Assembly (NCBI GenBank): GCA_037481835.1
Contig: JBBFKW010000015.1
Span: 1 to 64,000 of the forward strand
Length of the DNA: 64,000 nt
Source of the DNA: Desulfosoma sp.
GTDB taxonomy: Bacteria; Desulfobacterota; Syntrophobacteria; Syntrophobacterales; DSM-9756
Direction of reading: 5' to 3'
The position numbers and the translations under genes were made by a program. The notes beneath the pieces were generated by a model, which was given only the letters and a program-made list of their open reading frames with translations, made no database searches and had not been told where the DNA came from. Below, in pieces: positions 40,594 through 49,743 of this stretch (position 1 is the stretch's first letter; each line of letters starts with the position of its first letter).

Positions 40594-41013
40594 CTAGGCG
40601 ACCATCGCCTTGCGTGGTTTCACATGGGTGCGGACCCACTGGACGATGTCGTCCAGTTTGGCTCCGGGCTCAAAGATTTCCTTGATGCCGATGGCCTTGA
40701 GTTTGGGGATGTCTTCCAAAGGGAAAATGCCGCCGCCGATGACGGTGATGTCTTCGGCGTTGTTTTCCTTCAAAAGTTCCATGATCCTTGGGAAAGAATA
40801 GCGGTGGGCCCCGGAAAGAATGCTCAGGCCGATCAGGTCCACATCCTCCTGAATGGCCGTGCTCACGATCTGTTCAGGCGTCTGATGGCATCCGGTGTAG
40901 ACCACTTCAAAACCTGCATCCCGGAAAGCCCGAGCGATGACGCGGGCCCCTCGGTCGTGTCCGTCCAATCCCGGCTTGGCGATCAATATGCGCAGTTTCC
41001 TTTCTTCAGCCAT
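40594..41013 (-). CDS. Acyl-CoA mutase cobalamin-binding small subunit (IcmB-like)
   Basis: [11 protein letters not shown] (DxHxxG), [13 protein letters not shown]. Confidence 0.93.
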   Translation of the reverse strand: MAEERKLRILIAKPGLDGHDRGARVIARAFRDAGFEVVYTGCHQTPEQIVSTAIQEDVDLIGLSILSGAHRYSFPRIMELLKENNAEDITVIGGGIFPLEDIPKLKAIGIKEIFEPGAKLDDIVQWVRTHVKPRKAMVA

Positions 41014-41137
41014 GGAAACCATCCCTCCTGTGTCGTCGTCGTTGACCGTTGATTCTGCATTCGAAGCCGCCCGGGGCAGGCCTCCGGCGCAAAGGCGGAA
41101 CACCGCCGCCCGGCCCCGGCCTCATGGATGCCCAAAG

Positions 41138-42838
41138 CTAGAACGTTCCCGGGTCGGAATAGGTGCCGAAGACCTCGCGATAGAGATCGCAGCATTCCTG
41201 TTCCGTGGCGCCGGCCCGCACCGCGTCGATGAGCGCCGGCATGACGTTGTTTTCCCAACACGGAGGCCCTTCGCAGCGTCGGCGCAGTTCGTCCATGGCC
41301 TTCTGGAGCTTCACCTTGTCGCGCTTTTCCTTGAACTGTCGGGTGCGCTCGATCTGGAAATTTTCCAGCTCGTCGTCGATGCGCAGGACGAACTCCAAAT
41401 CGGGTCGAGCGCTGGGGAACTTGTTCACCCCGATGATGATCTTTTCGCCTTTTTCCACCTGCTGTTGGAAATGATAGGCGGCGTCGGCGATTTCCATCTG
41501 GGGATAGTCCTTTTCGATGGCGGCCACCATCCCTCCCAGCTCATCCAGCTTTCGGATGTAGACCATGGCCTCTTCTTCCATCTTGTCGGTGAGGGCTTCC
41601 ACGAAATAGGAGCCGGCCAGAGGGTCGATCACGTTGGCCACCCCGGTCTCATCGGCCAGGATCTGCTGGGTGCGAAGGGCGATGCGCACGGCTTCCTCGC
41701 TGGGGATCATGTACACTTCATCCAGCGAGTTGGTGTGCAGCGACTGGGTGCCTCCCAGGATGGCCGCCAGGGCTTCCGTGGTGGTCCGGATGATGTTGTT
41801 GTAAGGCTCTTGGGCCGTAAGAGAGCACCCCGCCGTCTGGGTGTGGAAACGGCACATCATGGAACGCGGTTTCTGGGCCTTGAACCGATCTTTCATGAGG
41901 CGGGCCCATAGCCTTCGAGCGGCGCGCATCTTGGCGATTTCTTCGAAGAAATCGATATGGGAGTTCCAGAAGAAGGAAAGGCGCCCGGCGAAGTCGTCCA
42001 CCTTGAGGCCCCGCTTGATGCATTCTTCCACGTAGGTGATGCCGTCGTAGATGGTAAAGGCCAGTTCCTGCACCGCCGTGGCCCCGGCTTCCCGGATGTG
42101 GTAGCCGCTGATGCTGATGGTGTTCCAGCGGGGCACTTCGTACGTGCCGAATTCCACGGTGTCCACGACGAGCCGCAGGCTGGGTTCCGGGGGAAGCATG
42201 AGGGTTTTTTGGGCGATGAATTCCTTGAGGCAGTCGTTTTGGATGGTGCCGCCCAATTTCTTGCGATCGAAGCCTTGGTTTTCCGCGTTCGCGATATACA
42301 TGGCCCAGATGACCGAGGCGGGCGGGTTGATGGTCATGGAGGTGGTCACTTCTTCCAGGTTGATCCCGGCGAAGAGCCGCTGCATGTCGTCAATGGTGTC
42401 GATGGCCACACCGCATTTGCCGCATTCACCGCGGGCCACCGGGGCGTCTGTGTCATAGCCCATGAGCGTCGGGAAATCGAAGGCGGTGCTCAGTCCCGTT
42501 TCCCCGTGTTCGATGAGGTAATGAAAGCGCTTGTTGGTGTCTTCGGCGGTTCCCAGGCCCGCGAACATGCGCATGGTCCACAGTCTCGCCCGGTACATGG
42601 TGGGCTGGACGCCGCGGGTGAAGGGATATTGGCCGGGAAAGCCCAAATCCTGGGAATAATCCTTGTCCTTGATGTCCAGAGGCGTGTAAAGGGCTTTCAC
42701 TTCCATGTCCGAGACGGTGGAAAACCGCTCCAGCCGTTCCGGCATTTTCTGCAAGGCCTTCCCATATTCCTGCAACCAGTCCTGGTACTCCTTTTCCATC
42801 CGATCCAGTTCCGCTTCTGAAAACATCTTTCGGCCCAT
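41138..42838 (-). CDS. Acyl-CoA mutase large (substrate-binding) subunit, isobutyryl-CoA mutase-like
   Basis: YPFTRG, WTMRMFAG, GLSTAFD, TIQNDCLKEFIAQK, SISGYHIREAG, HTQT, SLHTN; Phe/Gln at specificity positions. Confidence 0.9.
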   Translation of the reverse strand: MGRKMFSEAELDRMEKEYQDWLQEYGKALQKMPERLERFSTVSDMEVKALYTPLDIKDKDYSQDLGFPGQYPFTRGVQPTMYRARLWTMRMFAGLGTAEDTNKRFHYLIEHGETGLSTAFDFPTLMGYDTDAPVARGECGKCGVAIDTIDDMQRLFAGINLEEVTTSMTINPPASVIWAMYIANAENQGFDRKKLGGTIQNDCLKEFIAQKTLMLPPEPSLRLVVDTVEFGTYEVPRWNTISISGYHIREAGATAVQELAFTIYDGITYVEECIKRGLKVDDFAGRLSFFWNSHIDFFEEIAKMRAARRLWARLMKDRFKAQKPRSMMCRFHTQTAGCSLTAQEPYNNIIRTTTEALAAILGGTQSLHTNSLDEVYMIPSEEAVRIALRTQQILADETGVANVIDPLAGSYFVEALTDKMEEEAMVYIRKLDELGGMVAAIEKDYPQMEIADAAYHFQQQVEKGEKIIIGVNKFPSARPDLEFVLRIDDELENFQIERTRQFKEKRDKVKLQKAMDELRRRCEGPPCWENNVMPALIDAVRAGATEQECCDLYREVFGTYSDPGTF

Positions 42839-43816
42839 AAAGTGTCCCTCCTCCAACGATGAAAACCCTGTGCCCACGGTGCGGATGCGGCGCTTCCCCG
42901 TGCAGCTTCGACCAACGCCACGGGAGCTGCCTCATATCATGAGGGAAATATACGCATAGCGTCTTCGGTCGTCCGCTGCCTTTGCAGGGTCCAAAAGAGC
43001 AGCTTCCGACGGTGCCGTCAAGATTTCTTTCGAAAAGCGATGTCGTCTCGAGGGTGTCCGAGGTGGCATCGCGTGGAATCGAGGGTCTGGACCCGGGGAG
43101 CTTCGCTTGGGGGCCTCTGGCCGTGCCGATTTGATAAGGCCCATGGCAGGGATCGTGTGCGCCCTCTTCGGGCGCTGTGGCCGGAACGGCGTCGCCTGCG
43201 ATCGCCCGAGGCCACGCCCCATCCCCGCGGACCTTAAAAGAGGGGGTTATGCGATGTCAAACAAAATTTTTTTCTCTTGACCATAGCAAAAACCCTGATG
43301 TAGGAAGAAGCCGAACTGGTACCAAGAACTCGAAAAGAGCGCGCTCCTCCTCGGACTCACGCCGTTCTTCGCTGCAGCGTCTCCCCCGCTCCCCGTTCAC
43401 GACCTCCCCGATCATTGGTACCGATTGGGAAATTTTTCCTTTCATCAAAAGCCGTGCCCTCAAGGGATGCTGTCCATGCGAGATCTTGGTTTCGGGCGGT
43501 TCGATCCTGCGCCGATGCAGGATGTCTTAGATCCTTTCGTAACCCGGCGTTCCATTCCGTTCAGACGGTGCGGTTTTCCCATGATGACCTGACGTGGCGA
43601 CATCCAGACTTACAGTTTCCTCAGCCGATGCCACCCCCGGCGCGCCGCAGGGCGAAGCGCCTTGGCGGGGGCGAAGGCGAAGGGGGGTATTGTTGTGCTT
43701 TTGGACGTTCGTGGATTCCTGCCGACGGAAAGGGGGTGGTGGACGAGCTCGGTCAATGGGGTGAGGGGCTTTGTGAGGGCAACGTGTTTTGAGGGTGAGT
43801 GAATAGGGAGGTTACA

Positions 43817-44053
43817 ATGTTTAAGGGGATGCCGAAAATTTTCTGGATCGGTATGTTGCTCCTTTACGGCTGGTTTTTTCTTTTCTTCATCCTAGAAATT
43901 ACCGTTCCCAAATTTCCTCTGATGAAATTCCTCGGGGTTCCTGCATGCTATGTCTACAATTGGATTGTGGGTCTTTGGATCATCAATATGATTGTCGCCG
44001 CTATTTTCTATCTGGCCGAGGAAGCCCGGGAAGCTCGGCTGGCCAAGAAATAA
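43817..44053 (+). CDS. Small two-TM membrane protein (DUF485-like SSS accessory subunit)
   Basis: RBS GGAGG; two hydrophobic helices with FLGVP..Y linker; directly before the SSS symporter. Confidence 0.75.
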   Translation: MFKGMPKIFWIGMLLLYGWFFLFFILEITVPKFPLMKFLGVPACYVYNWIVGLWIINMIVAAIFYLAEEAREARLAKK

Positions 44054-44063
44054 GGAGGAAAGA

Positions 44064-45659
44064 ATGGGTGCGAATCCAGTTGTTATCGCAGGAGCCCTGA
44101 TCTATTTCGCCATCATGATCGCCATCGGCTATTTCACCCGGAAAGCCGCCTTGAACGCGTCCGATTATTACGTGGCCGGCCGCAAGGTGGGCTCGTTCAT
44201 CAACGGGGCGGCGCTGGCTTCCACGTATCTGAGCCCGGCCAGCTTCTTGGGGCTTCCGGCCTTTATCTTTCTTTTGGGCTATCCCTTCTGGTGGGCCCTG
44301 GTGGGGATCATCGGCGGCATGCCCATCGCGACCCTCTTGACGGCCGCTCCCTTGCGCAAATACGCTCCCACTTCTTTTACGGACTACTACGCGGACCGTT
44401 ACGACACCAAGTGGATGCGCCTCATCGCGGGCGTTCCCACCATTATCGCCGGTTTTGCCTACGTGACCCTTTCCATCGTCGGGACGGCGCTCTTCATGCT
44501 CGCCATCTTGAAGCTCAACTACAATATTTCGGTGGTCATCGGGGCTCTGGTGGTTTTCATTTACGTCTTTTACGGCGGGATGGTGGCCACCACCTGGTCG
44601 GCGGCTTTTCAAGGGGTGACCATGGCTGCGGCGGCGGTCATCGGCGCCATTTACACCATCGCTCATTTCGGCGGCCTGAATCCCATGACGGATGCCATTC
44701 TGAGCGTGACCCCGAACTTCTTTAATTGCCCCTACGTCAGCGAAAAACCGTCCAGCGCCCTCATGGGCATGTGGACCGGCATCGTGGGCTTTTACTTTAC
44801 GTGGCATTTCGGTTTTGCGGCCATGCCATACACGGTGGTGCGCTTCTTTACGGCCCAGGACATCAAGTCGGCTCGGCGAAGCGTTTTCTGGGCCATCTTT
44901 TTCGGCGGTTCCATGTACGTGGGGTTGATCATTATCGGTTCGGCCGCCCGGGTGCTCATCGAAACCCTGCACCCCTACATGTCGGTTGAAGGCGTCAAAG
45001 ACGCCATGGGCGTGCTCAAGCACATGAAAGGCGTCTACGGCGTGGGTGGGGCGGCTGTCACGGACTACTCCATGATCGCCGCCATGGAAGGCTTGAAGAG
45101 CCCGTTGCTGTTGGCCGTGATCTGCGCCGGCGGTTTGGCCATCGCCATGTCCACGGCGGCCGGCTGGACCATGGTGCTCAACGTCCTGCTGGGCCGGGAC
45201 CTCATCGGCAAGGTCTTCGGGAGCAAATGGCCTGAGGAAAAGCCGGTCCAGGTGACCCGGATCATGACCGTCATCATCACGGTCATCTGCACTCTGGTGG
45301 CGTTCAGTCCACCCGCGCTGGTTCTGGATATTTCGGGCGCGGCCTTCATCGTGATCCTGTGCTCCGTCGGTCCTCCGCTCATCCTGGGGATCTGGTGGGA
45401 CAAGGCGAACACCACCGCGGCCGTGATCAACATCATTGTCATGACCGTTTTGTCGACCTACTCCTGGATGTACGCCAACAGCAAACTGGGAAGCGCTCAC
45501 TGGTTCTTCCTGAGCCAAAAAGGTGGTATTGTGACACCTCACCAGTTTTACTGGGTGTTCGTCGGGTTCGTATTCTTTGTGTTGGTCAGTTTGGTGACCA
45601 AGCCCAACAGGCCTGAGGTGATCCAGAAGTATTCTTACAATTTGAGACCGGAAAACTAG
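44064..45659 (+). CDS. Sodium:solute symporter (ActP-like monocarboxylate permease)
   Basis: DYYVAGR, NGAALAS.YLSPASFLG, GGMVATTW, P..VVRFFT, many TM helices. Confidence 0.9.
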   Translation: MGANPVVIAGALIYFAIMIAIGYFTRKAALNASDYYVAGRKVGSFINGAALASTYLSPASFLGLPAFIFLLGYPFWWALVGIIGGMPIATLLTAAPLRKYAPTSFTDYYADRYDTKWMRLIAGVPTIIAGFAYVTLSIVGTALFMLAILKLNYNISVVIGALVVFIYVFYGGMVATTWSAAFQGVTMAAAAVIGAIYTIAHFGGLNPMTDAILSVTPNFFNCPYVSEKPSSALMGMWTGIVGFYFTWHFGFAAMPYTVVRFFTAQDIKSARRSVFWAIFFGGSMYVGLIIIGSAARVLIETLHPYMSVEGVKDAMGVLKHMKGVYGVGGAAVTDYSMIAAMEGLKSPLLLAVICAGGLAIAMSTAAGWTMVLNVLLGRDLIGKVFGSKWPEEKPVQVTRIMTVIITVICTLVAFSPPALVLDISGAAFIVILCSVGPPLILGIWWDKANTTAAVINIIVMTVLSTYSWMYANSKLGSAHWFFLSQKGGIVTPHQFYWVFVGFVFFVLVSLVTKPNRPEVIQKYSYNLRPEN

Positions 45660-45741
45660 CGGGAGCCGGACGGACCGGGGGAAGCCTCGGTTCGTCCTTC
45701 CCGCACGTCGCAGATGCGGGAAGGCACACCAGAGGGGATTC

Positions 45742-45975
45742 ATGGCGGAACAGAGTCACAACGAAAGATTGGAGCGCTGGGAGCGGCACCGTCGGCGATG
45801 GTATCTTTTATATTTTTACGTCGGGGTTGGGATTAACTTGTTGCTCTATTTTACAAAGCCTTACGGGTTCGATCCCAGCGGCAGTCTCTTCTGGGGATCT
45901 TTTTATGGTATTGGGATTCCCCTGTGCACCATGTTTCTCGGGGTTGCAATCCACCGAAAGCTTTTGGGCGCCTAA
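45742..45975 (+). CDS. Small two-TM membrane protein
   Basis: RBS GAGGGG; two hydrophobic segments; operon position. Confidence 0.65.
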   Translation: MAEQSHNERLERWERHRRRWYLLYFYVGVGINLLLYFTKPYGFDPSGSLFWGSFYGIGIPLCTMFLGVAIHRKLLGA

Positions 45976-45983
45976 ATTCTCGG

Positions 45984-46892
45984 ATGAAACCTATTCTGTT
46001 GCTTCCCGTCGTTTTAATCGTCTTGGGGGTGTGTGCATTCATCACGGAAGGCTCCGTCGCTTCGGCGGAGGTCACCTTTGTCCATGAGGTGGAAGCGGAA
46101 GATCTTTTTTCCGGCAAGAAGGTCGTCACATTGACCACCGGTTACGGGGCTGATGGGATCTACATGGACCAGCAACGGCAGTACACGGGATCCTGGATGC
46201 GACTGCTCTTCGGGGGGGTCCGCCGGGACCGCCGGACGGTGGTCATCTCCCTGGCCGGCGGGGACATTCGGGAGCTCGATTGGGGCCGGGATAAATGCCG
46301 CATTTTTCCCTTGGATCGGCTGAGGGATCCCTCGTGGATCCACAGCCTGGAAAAGCCTCGGGAGGATCTGCAGCCGCTCATGGCCGACCGGTACCAGGTG
46401 CAGGCTCCCCAGCTGACGATTACGAGCGACGAGGCGGAAGAACGCATCGGAAACTACCGATGCCGGCACGTGAAAGCGCACCTGCGGCTGGACACTTTCG
46501 ACAGGTTGCGGGAAGCGCACAGCGTGACCGAAGTGCAGCAGGATTTGTGGCTTTCGGACGAGGTGCCGGGGTTGGCGGAAAGCCTTCGGGTGCACCAAAG
46601 CCTGGGGGATCTTCTCGGGTTGGAAAAAGAGCGGTTCGGGCCCCTCTCTTTCCTCTTGTCCTATTGGCAGGGCCCTTTGCTGCCCATCGCCGTTGATTTG
46701 GAAAAGGTCCGGGGGTACCCGGTCAAAAGCACGGTGCGCGTTACGGCGCACTACATCCCCAAAGAAGGGGAATCGAAGAAGGTGAGTCGTGTCGTTAACG
46801 AAGAAACCAGTATGTTGAAGGAGGTCATCCCGGCCCTGGACAAAGCCTTGTACGCGGTTCCTCCCCATTTCTCAACGGTTCGTGTTCCTTAG
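45984..46892 (+). CDS. Exported hypothetical protein (beta-rich, DUF4412-like)
   Basis: Signal peptide [30 protein letters not shown] and LWLS..VPG patterns; F/Y.VP C-terminus. Confidence 0.65.
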   Translation: MKPILLLPVVLIVLGVCAFITEGSVASAEVTFVHEVEAEDLFSGKKVVTLTTGYGADGIYMDQQRQYTGSWMRLLFGGVRRDRRTVVISLAGGDIRELDWGRDKCRIFPLDRLRDPSWIHSLEKPREDLQPLMADRYQVQAPQLTITSDEAEERIGNYRCRHVKAHLRLDTFDRLREAHSVTEVQQDLWLSDEVPGLAESLRVHQSLGDLLGLEKERFGPLSFLLSYWQGPLLPIAVDLEKVRGYPVKSTVRVTAHYIPKEGESKKVSRVVNEETSMLKEVIPALDKALYAVPPHFSTVRVP

Positions 46893-46938
46893 GTGTTCAA
46901 ATGGGTTAACGTATCGTTCCAACGAAAGGGAGTCATCC

Positions 46939-48282
46939 ATGGCACGAGAAGACTATTTCAAATGGGCGGAAAGCGTTCTCGATCCTTCCAAGACTTTTGA
47001 AAAGCCGGAAGCTTTGGCGGACATCAAGATTGTGGAGCTCTGCACCTTGATCTTGGGGCCTTCGTTGCCCGCATACTTATCCGAACTCGGCGCGACCGTC
47101 TTCAAAGTGGAACTGCCCGGTATGGGCGACACCATGCGGTCCCTGACGCCTTTCGCCAAGTTTTTCAACGGAGCGGCCATGGGATGGCTGAAGGAAGCCC
47201 GAAACAAGTATCATTTGGCCATCGACGTGCGCGTGCAGGAAGGGGCGGAGCTCTTCAAAGAGCTGGTCAAGCGCTCGGACGTGGTGGTGGAAAACCTGCG
47301 GGCCGGCACCATGGACAAATGGGGGATCGGCTACCGCCAGCTCCGAGAAATTAATCCGCGCATCATCTACATCGCCTTGAACGGGTTCGGCCAATGGGGC
47401 CCGTACTTGGAACGGCCGTCCTACGACGCCATCGCCCAGTCGGAATCGGGGGAAGCCTGGATCAGCGGCTTTCCCGATAAGCTGCCCATGAAGGCCGGCA
47501 TTTGGTTGGCGGACTATTACGGAGGCCTCGTCGGCGCGGTCGGAGTGCTCGCCGCCCTGGCCCACCGGGACCGCACGGGACGCGGCCAATACATCGAATA
47601 CTCCCAGGCGGAAAATCTCATGCGGGCCATGGACTGGACTTGGCTTTACCAGCACTTCACCGGCAAGTGCCGCGAGCGGTACGGCAATCGGGACGTGAGC
47701 ATCTGCCCGGCGGATATTGTTCCCAGCAAGGACGGCGAAATGGTGGCCATCGGCGCCGCCACGGACAAACAGTTCCAAGGATTGTGCGAGGCCATGGGAA
47801 AGCCGGAACTGGCCCGGGATCCGCGTTTCGCCACCCACCTGGAACGCCTCAAGGAAGAAAACGCCCTGGAATTGTTGGCGACCATCCGCCAATGGGCGGC
47901 TGGGAAGACCTATGGGGAAATCGACGAGCTGGCCGGCCGCTACGGGTTCGGCGCCCAAAAGGTGTCCAACGGCAAGGACCATTTCGAAGACGAACACCTG
48001 CGCAAACGCAATTTCACGTATTACGTGGATGATCCCATCTATGGCGATTTTTATGAAGAGGGCATTGCGCCGAAACTTTCGGAAACGCCGGGTCGGATCA
48101 AATGGGCCGGAAAGCCCGTGGGCTTCGACAACGAATACGTGCTCAAGCGCTTCCTCGGGCTGAAGACCAAGAAGATCAAATACCTCAAGGAAAAGAACAT
48201 TATCGGCAAATGGGTGGATGTGCCTCCCGGCCGCAAACCGCCCGAAAGGTGGGACGGCAAATCGGGCATCCTTCTCGCCTAA
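46939..48282 (+). CDS. Class III CoA-transferase (CaiB/BaiF family), catalytic Asp retained
   Basis: [47 protein letters not shown]. Confidence 0.92.
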   Translation: MAREDYFKWAESVLDPSKTFEKPEALADIKIVELCTLILGPSLPAYLSELGATVFKVELPGMGDTMRSLTPFAKFFNGAAMGWLKEARNKYHLAIDVRVQEGAELFKELVKRSDVVVENLRAGTMDKWGIGYRQLREINPRIIYIALNGFGQWGPYLERPSYDAIAQSESGEAWISGFPDKLPMKAGIWLADYYGGLVGAVGVLAALAHRDRTGRGQYIEYSQAENLMRAMDWTWLYQHFTGKCRERYGNRDVSICPADIVPSKDGEMVAIGAATDKQFQGLCEAMGKPELARDPRFATHLERLKEENALELLATIRQWAAGKTYGEIDELAGRYGFGAQKVSNGKDHFEDEHLRKRNFTYYVDDPIYGDFYEEGIAPKLSETPGRIKWAGKPVGFDNEYVLKRFLGLKTKKIKYLKEKNIIGKWVDVPPGRKPPERWDGKSGILLA

Positions 48283-48338
48283 GCATTAACGAAGCATCCT
48301 TTGTGACGGAAAACTCTATGGTTTCAGGGAGGACATCG

Positions 48339-49661
48339 ATGCATATGGAAAAGGAAAAAAGCTGGGGCGATTGGATTCGGGAACTGGACGATCCGGCGAA
48401 GAACCGAGAAAAACCCGAAGCGCTCGATCACATCACGGTGCTGGATGTGAGCTATGCCAATATGGCGGGGTGTTTCTGCACGTCCACGCTGGCCGAATTC
48501 GGGGCCAACGTCATCCGCATCGAACCCCCGGACGGGGATCCGGCCCGCACTTTCTCCCCGTGGGGCTACATGCACATGGGGACCGGTTTGGGGTACCTGA
48601 ACGAAGGGCGGAACAAGCACCACGTGACCTTGAACCTAGAGTCCGAAGAAGGGCAGGAGATCTTCCGAAAGCTGGCCAGGAGAGCCGATGTGGTGGTGGA
48701 AACCTTCCTGCCGGGAACCATGGATGCCTGGGGCATCGGCTACAGGCAGCTCAAAGAACTCAACCCGCGCCTCATCTACTGCGCCCTCTACACCTACGGG
48801 CAGTTCGGCCCCAAGGCCGCGTGCGGCAAAGCCGACGTGGACGTGGTGGACCAGGCCTATTCGGGCGTGGTGTCGGTGAGCGGCGAACCTCCGGAAGATC
48901 CCCAGAATCCCAAACCCTCGGAAGTGCCCACCAAGCAAGGGAACTGGATGGGCTGGTATGCCGGCGGGGCCTGGGCGTCCGTGGCCATTCTCGCCGCCCT
49001 TCACTACAGGGTCGGCTCGGGCAAGGGCCAGTTCATCGACGTGTCCCCGGCGGAAGCCTACGGCCGGTGCATCAATTACGGGATCACCTATTACTACGGC
49101 TTCAAGGACACCATTCCGCGCGTGGGCAACTACGATGTGGGCGTTTTCCCTTACACCTACTTCAAGTGCAAGGACGGCTTTGCCTTCCTGTCCGGGTTCG
49201 CCGACCCCAACTGGAAGGCCTTGTGCACCATTATCAACCGTCCCGATTTGCAACAGCAGTTCCCCACCATTTTCGAACGGCTCAATGTGGACAACATGAA
49301 GGTCATGTACAAGGAAATCGAAAAGTGGACCACGGCCCACACCTACGACGAGATTTTCGATGCGGTCATGGATTACAATAAAAATATCGGCCAGGGCGTG
49401 GTCGTCCCCGGTCGGATTTCCTCGCCCATGGATACCATGAAGGCGGAAAACTGGTGGGTGCGCATGGCTTTGGAAACCATCGACGATCCCCATTACGGCG
49501 AAGTCACCATCGCCAATCACGCCCACAAGATGACGGAAACGCCGCCGCGCGTGAAATGGATTTGTCGGCCCGTGGGGGCGGACAACTACTACGTTTATGC
49601 CAGGATGTTGGGCTACGGGCCCAAGCGGCTGGAAGAGCTCAAGGAAAAAGGGATCATCTGA
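48339..49661 (+). CDS. Class III CoA-transferase family protein, catalytic Asp replaced
   Basis: FGANVIRIEP, RNK, DVVVETFLPG, YGQFGP; WMGWYAGG at the position of WLADYYGG. Confidence 0.9.
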   Translation: MHMEKEKSWGDWIRELDDPAKNREKPEALDHITVLDVSYANMAGCFCTSTLAEFGANVIRIEPPDGDPARTFSPWGYMHMGTGLGYLNEGRNKHHVTLNLESEEGQEIFRKLARRADVVVETFLPGTMDAWGIGYRQLKELNPRLIYCALYTYGQFGPKAACGKADVDVVDQAYSGVVSVSGEPPEDPQNPKPSEVPTKQGNWMGWYAGGAWASVAILAALHYRVGSGKGQFIDVSPAEAYGRCINYGITYYYGFKDTIPRVGNYDVGVFPYTYFKCKDGFAFLSGFADPNWKALCTIINRPDLQQQFPTIFERLNVDNMKVMYKEIEKWTTAHTYDEIFDAVMDYNKNIGQGVVVPGRISSPMDTMKAENWWVRMALETIDDPHYGEVTIANHAHKMTETPPRVKWICRPVGADNYYVYARMLGYGPKRLEELKEKGII

Positions 49662-49682
49662 TCTCGCAGTGTTGTGAACCCC

Positions 49683-49716
49683 AAAGAAAAAGGCCACGCT
49701 CGTGGCCTTTTTCTTT
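49683..49716. terminator. Bidirectional-type intrinsic terminator hairpin
   Basis: AAAGAAAAAGGCCACG-CT-CGTGGCCTTTTTCTTT, perfect 16-bp inverted repeat. Confidence 0.75.
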
Positions 49717-49743
49717 GCGCCGGCTCCGCATCGGGGTGGCCCA

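Noticed and set aside
43450..43520. GGTTCGATCC resembling a tRNA T-loop
   Set aside because: The T-stem is imperfect and no acceptor, D or anticodon arms can be built.
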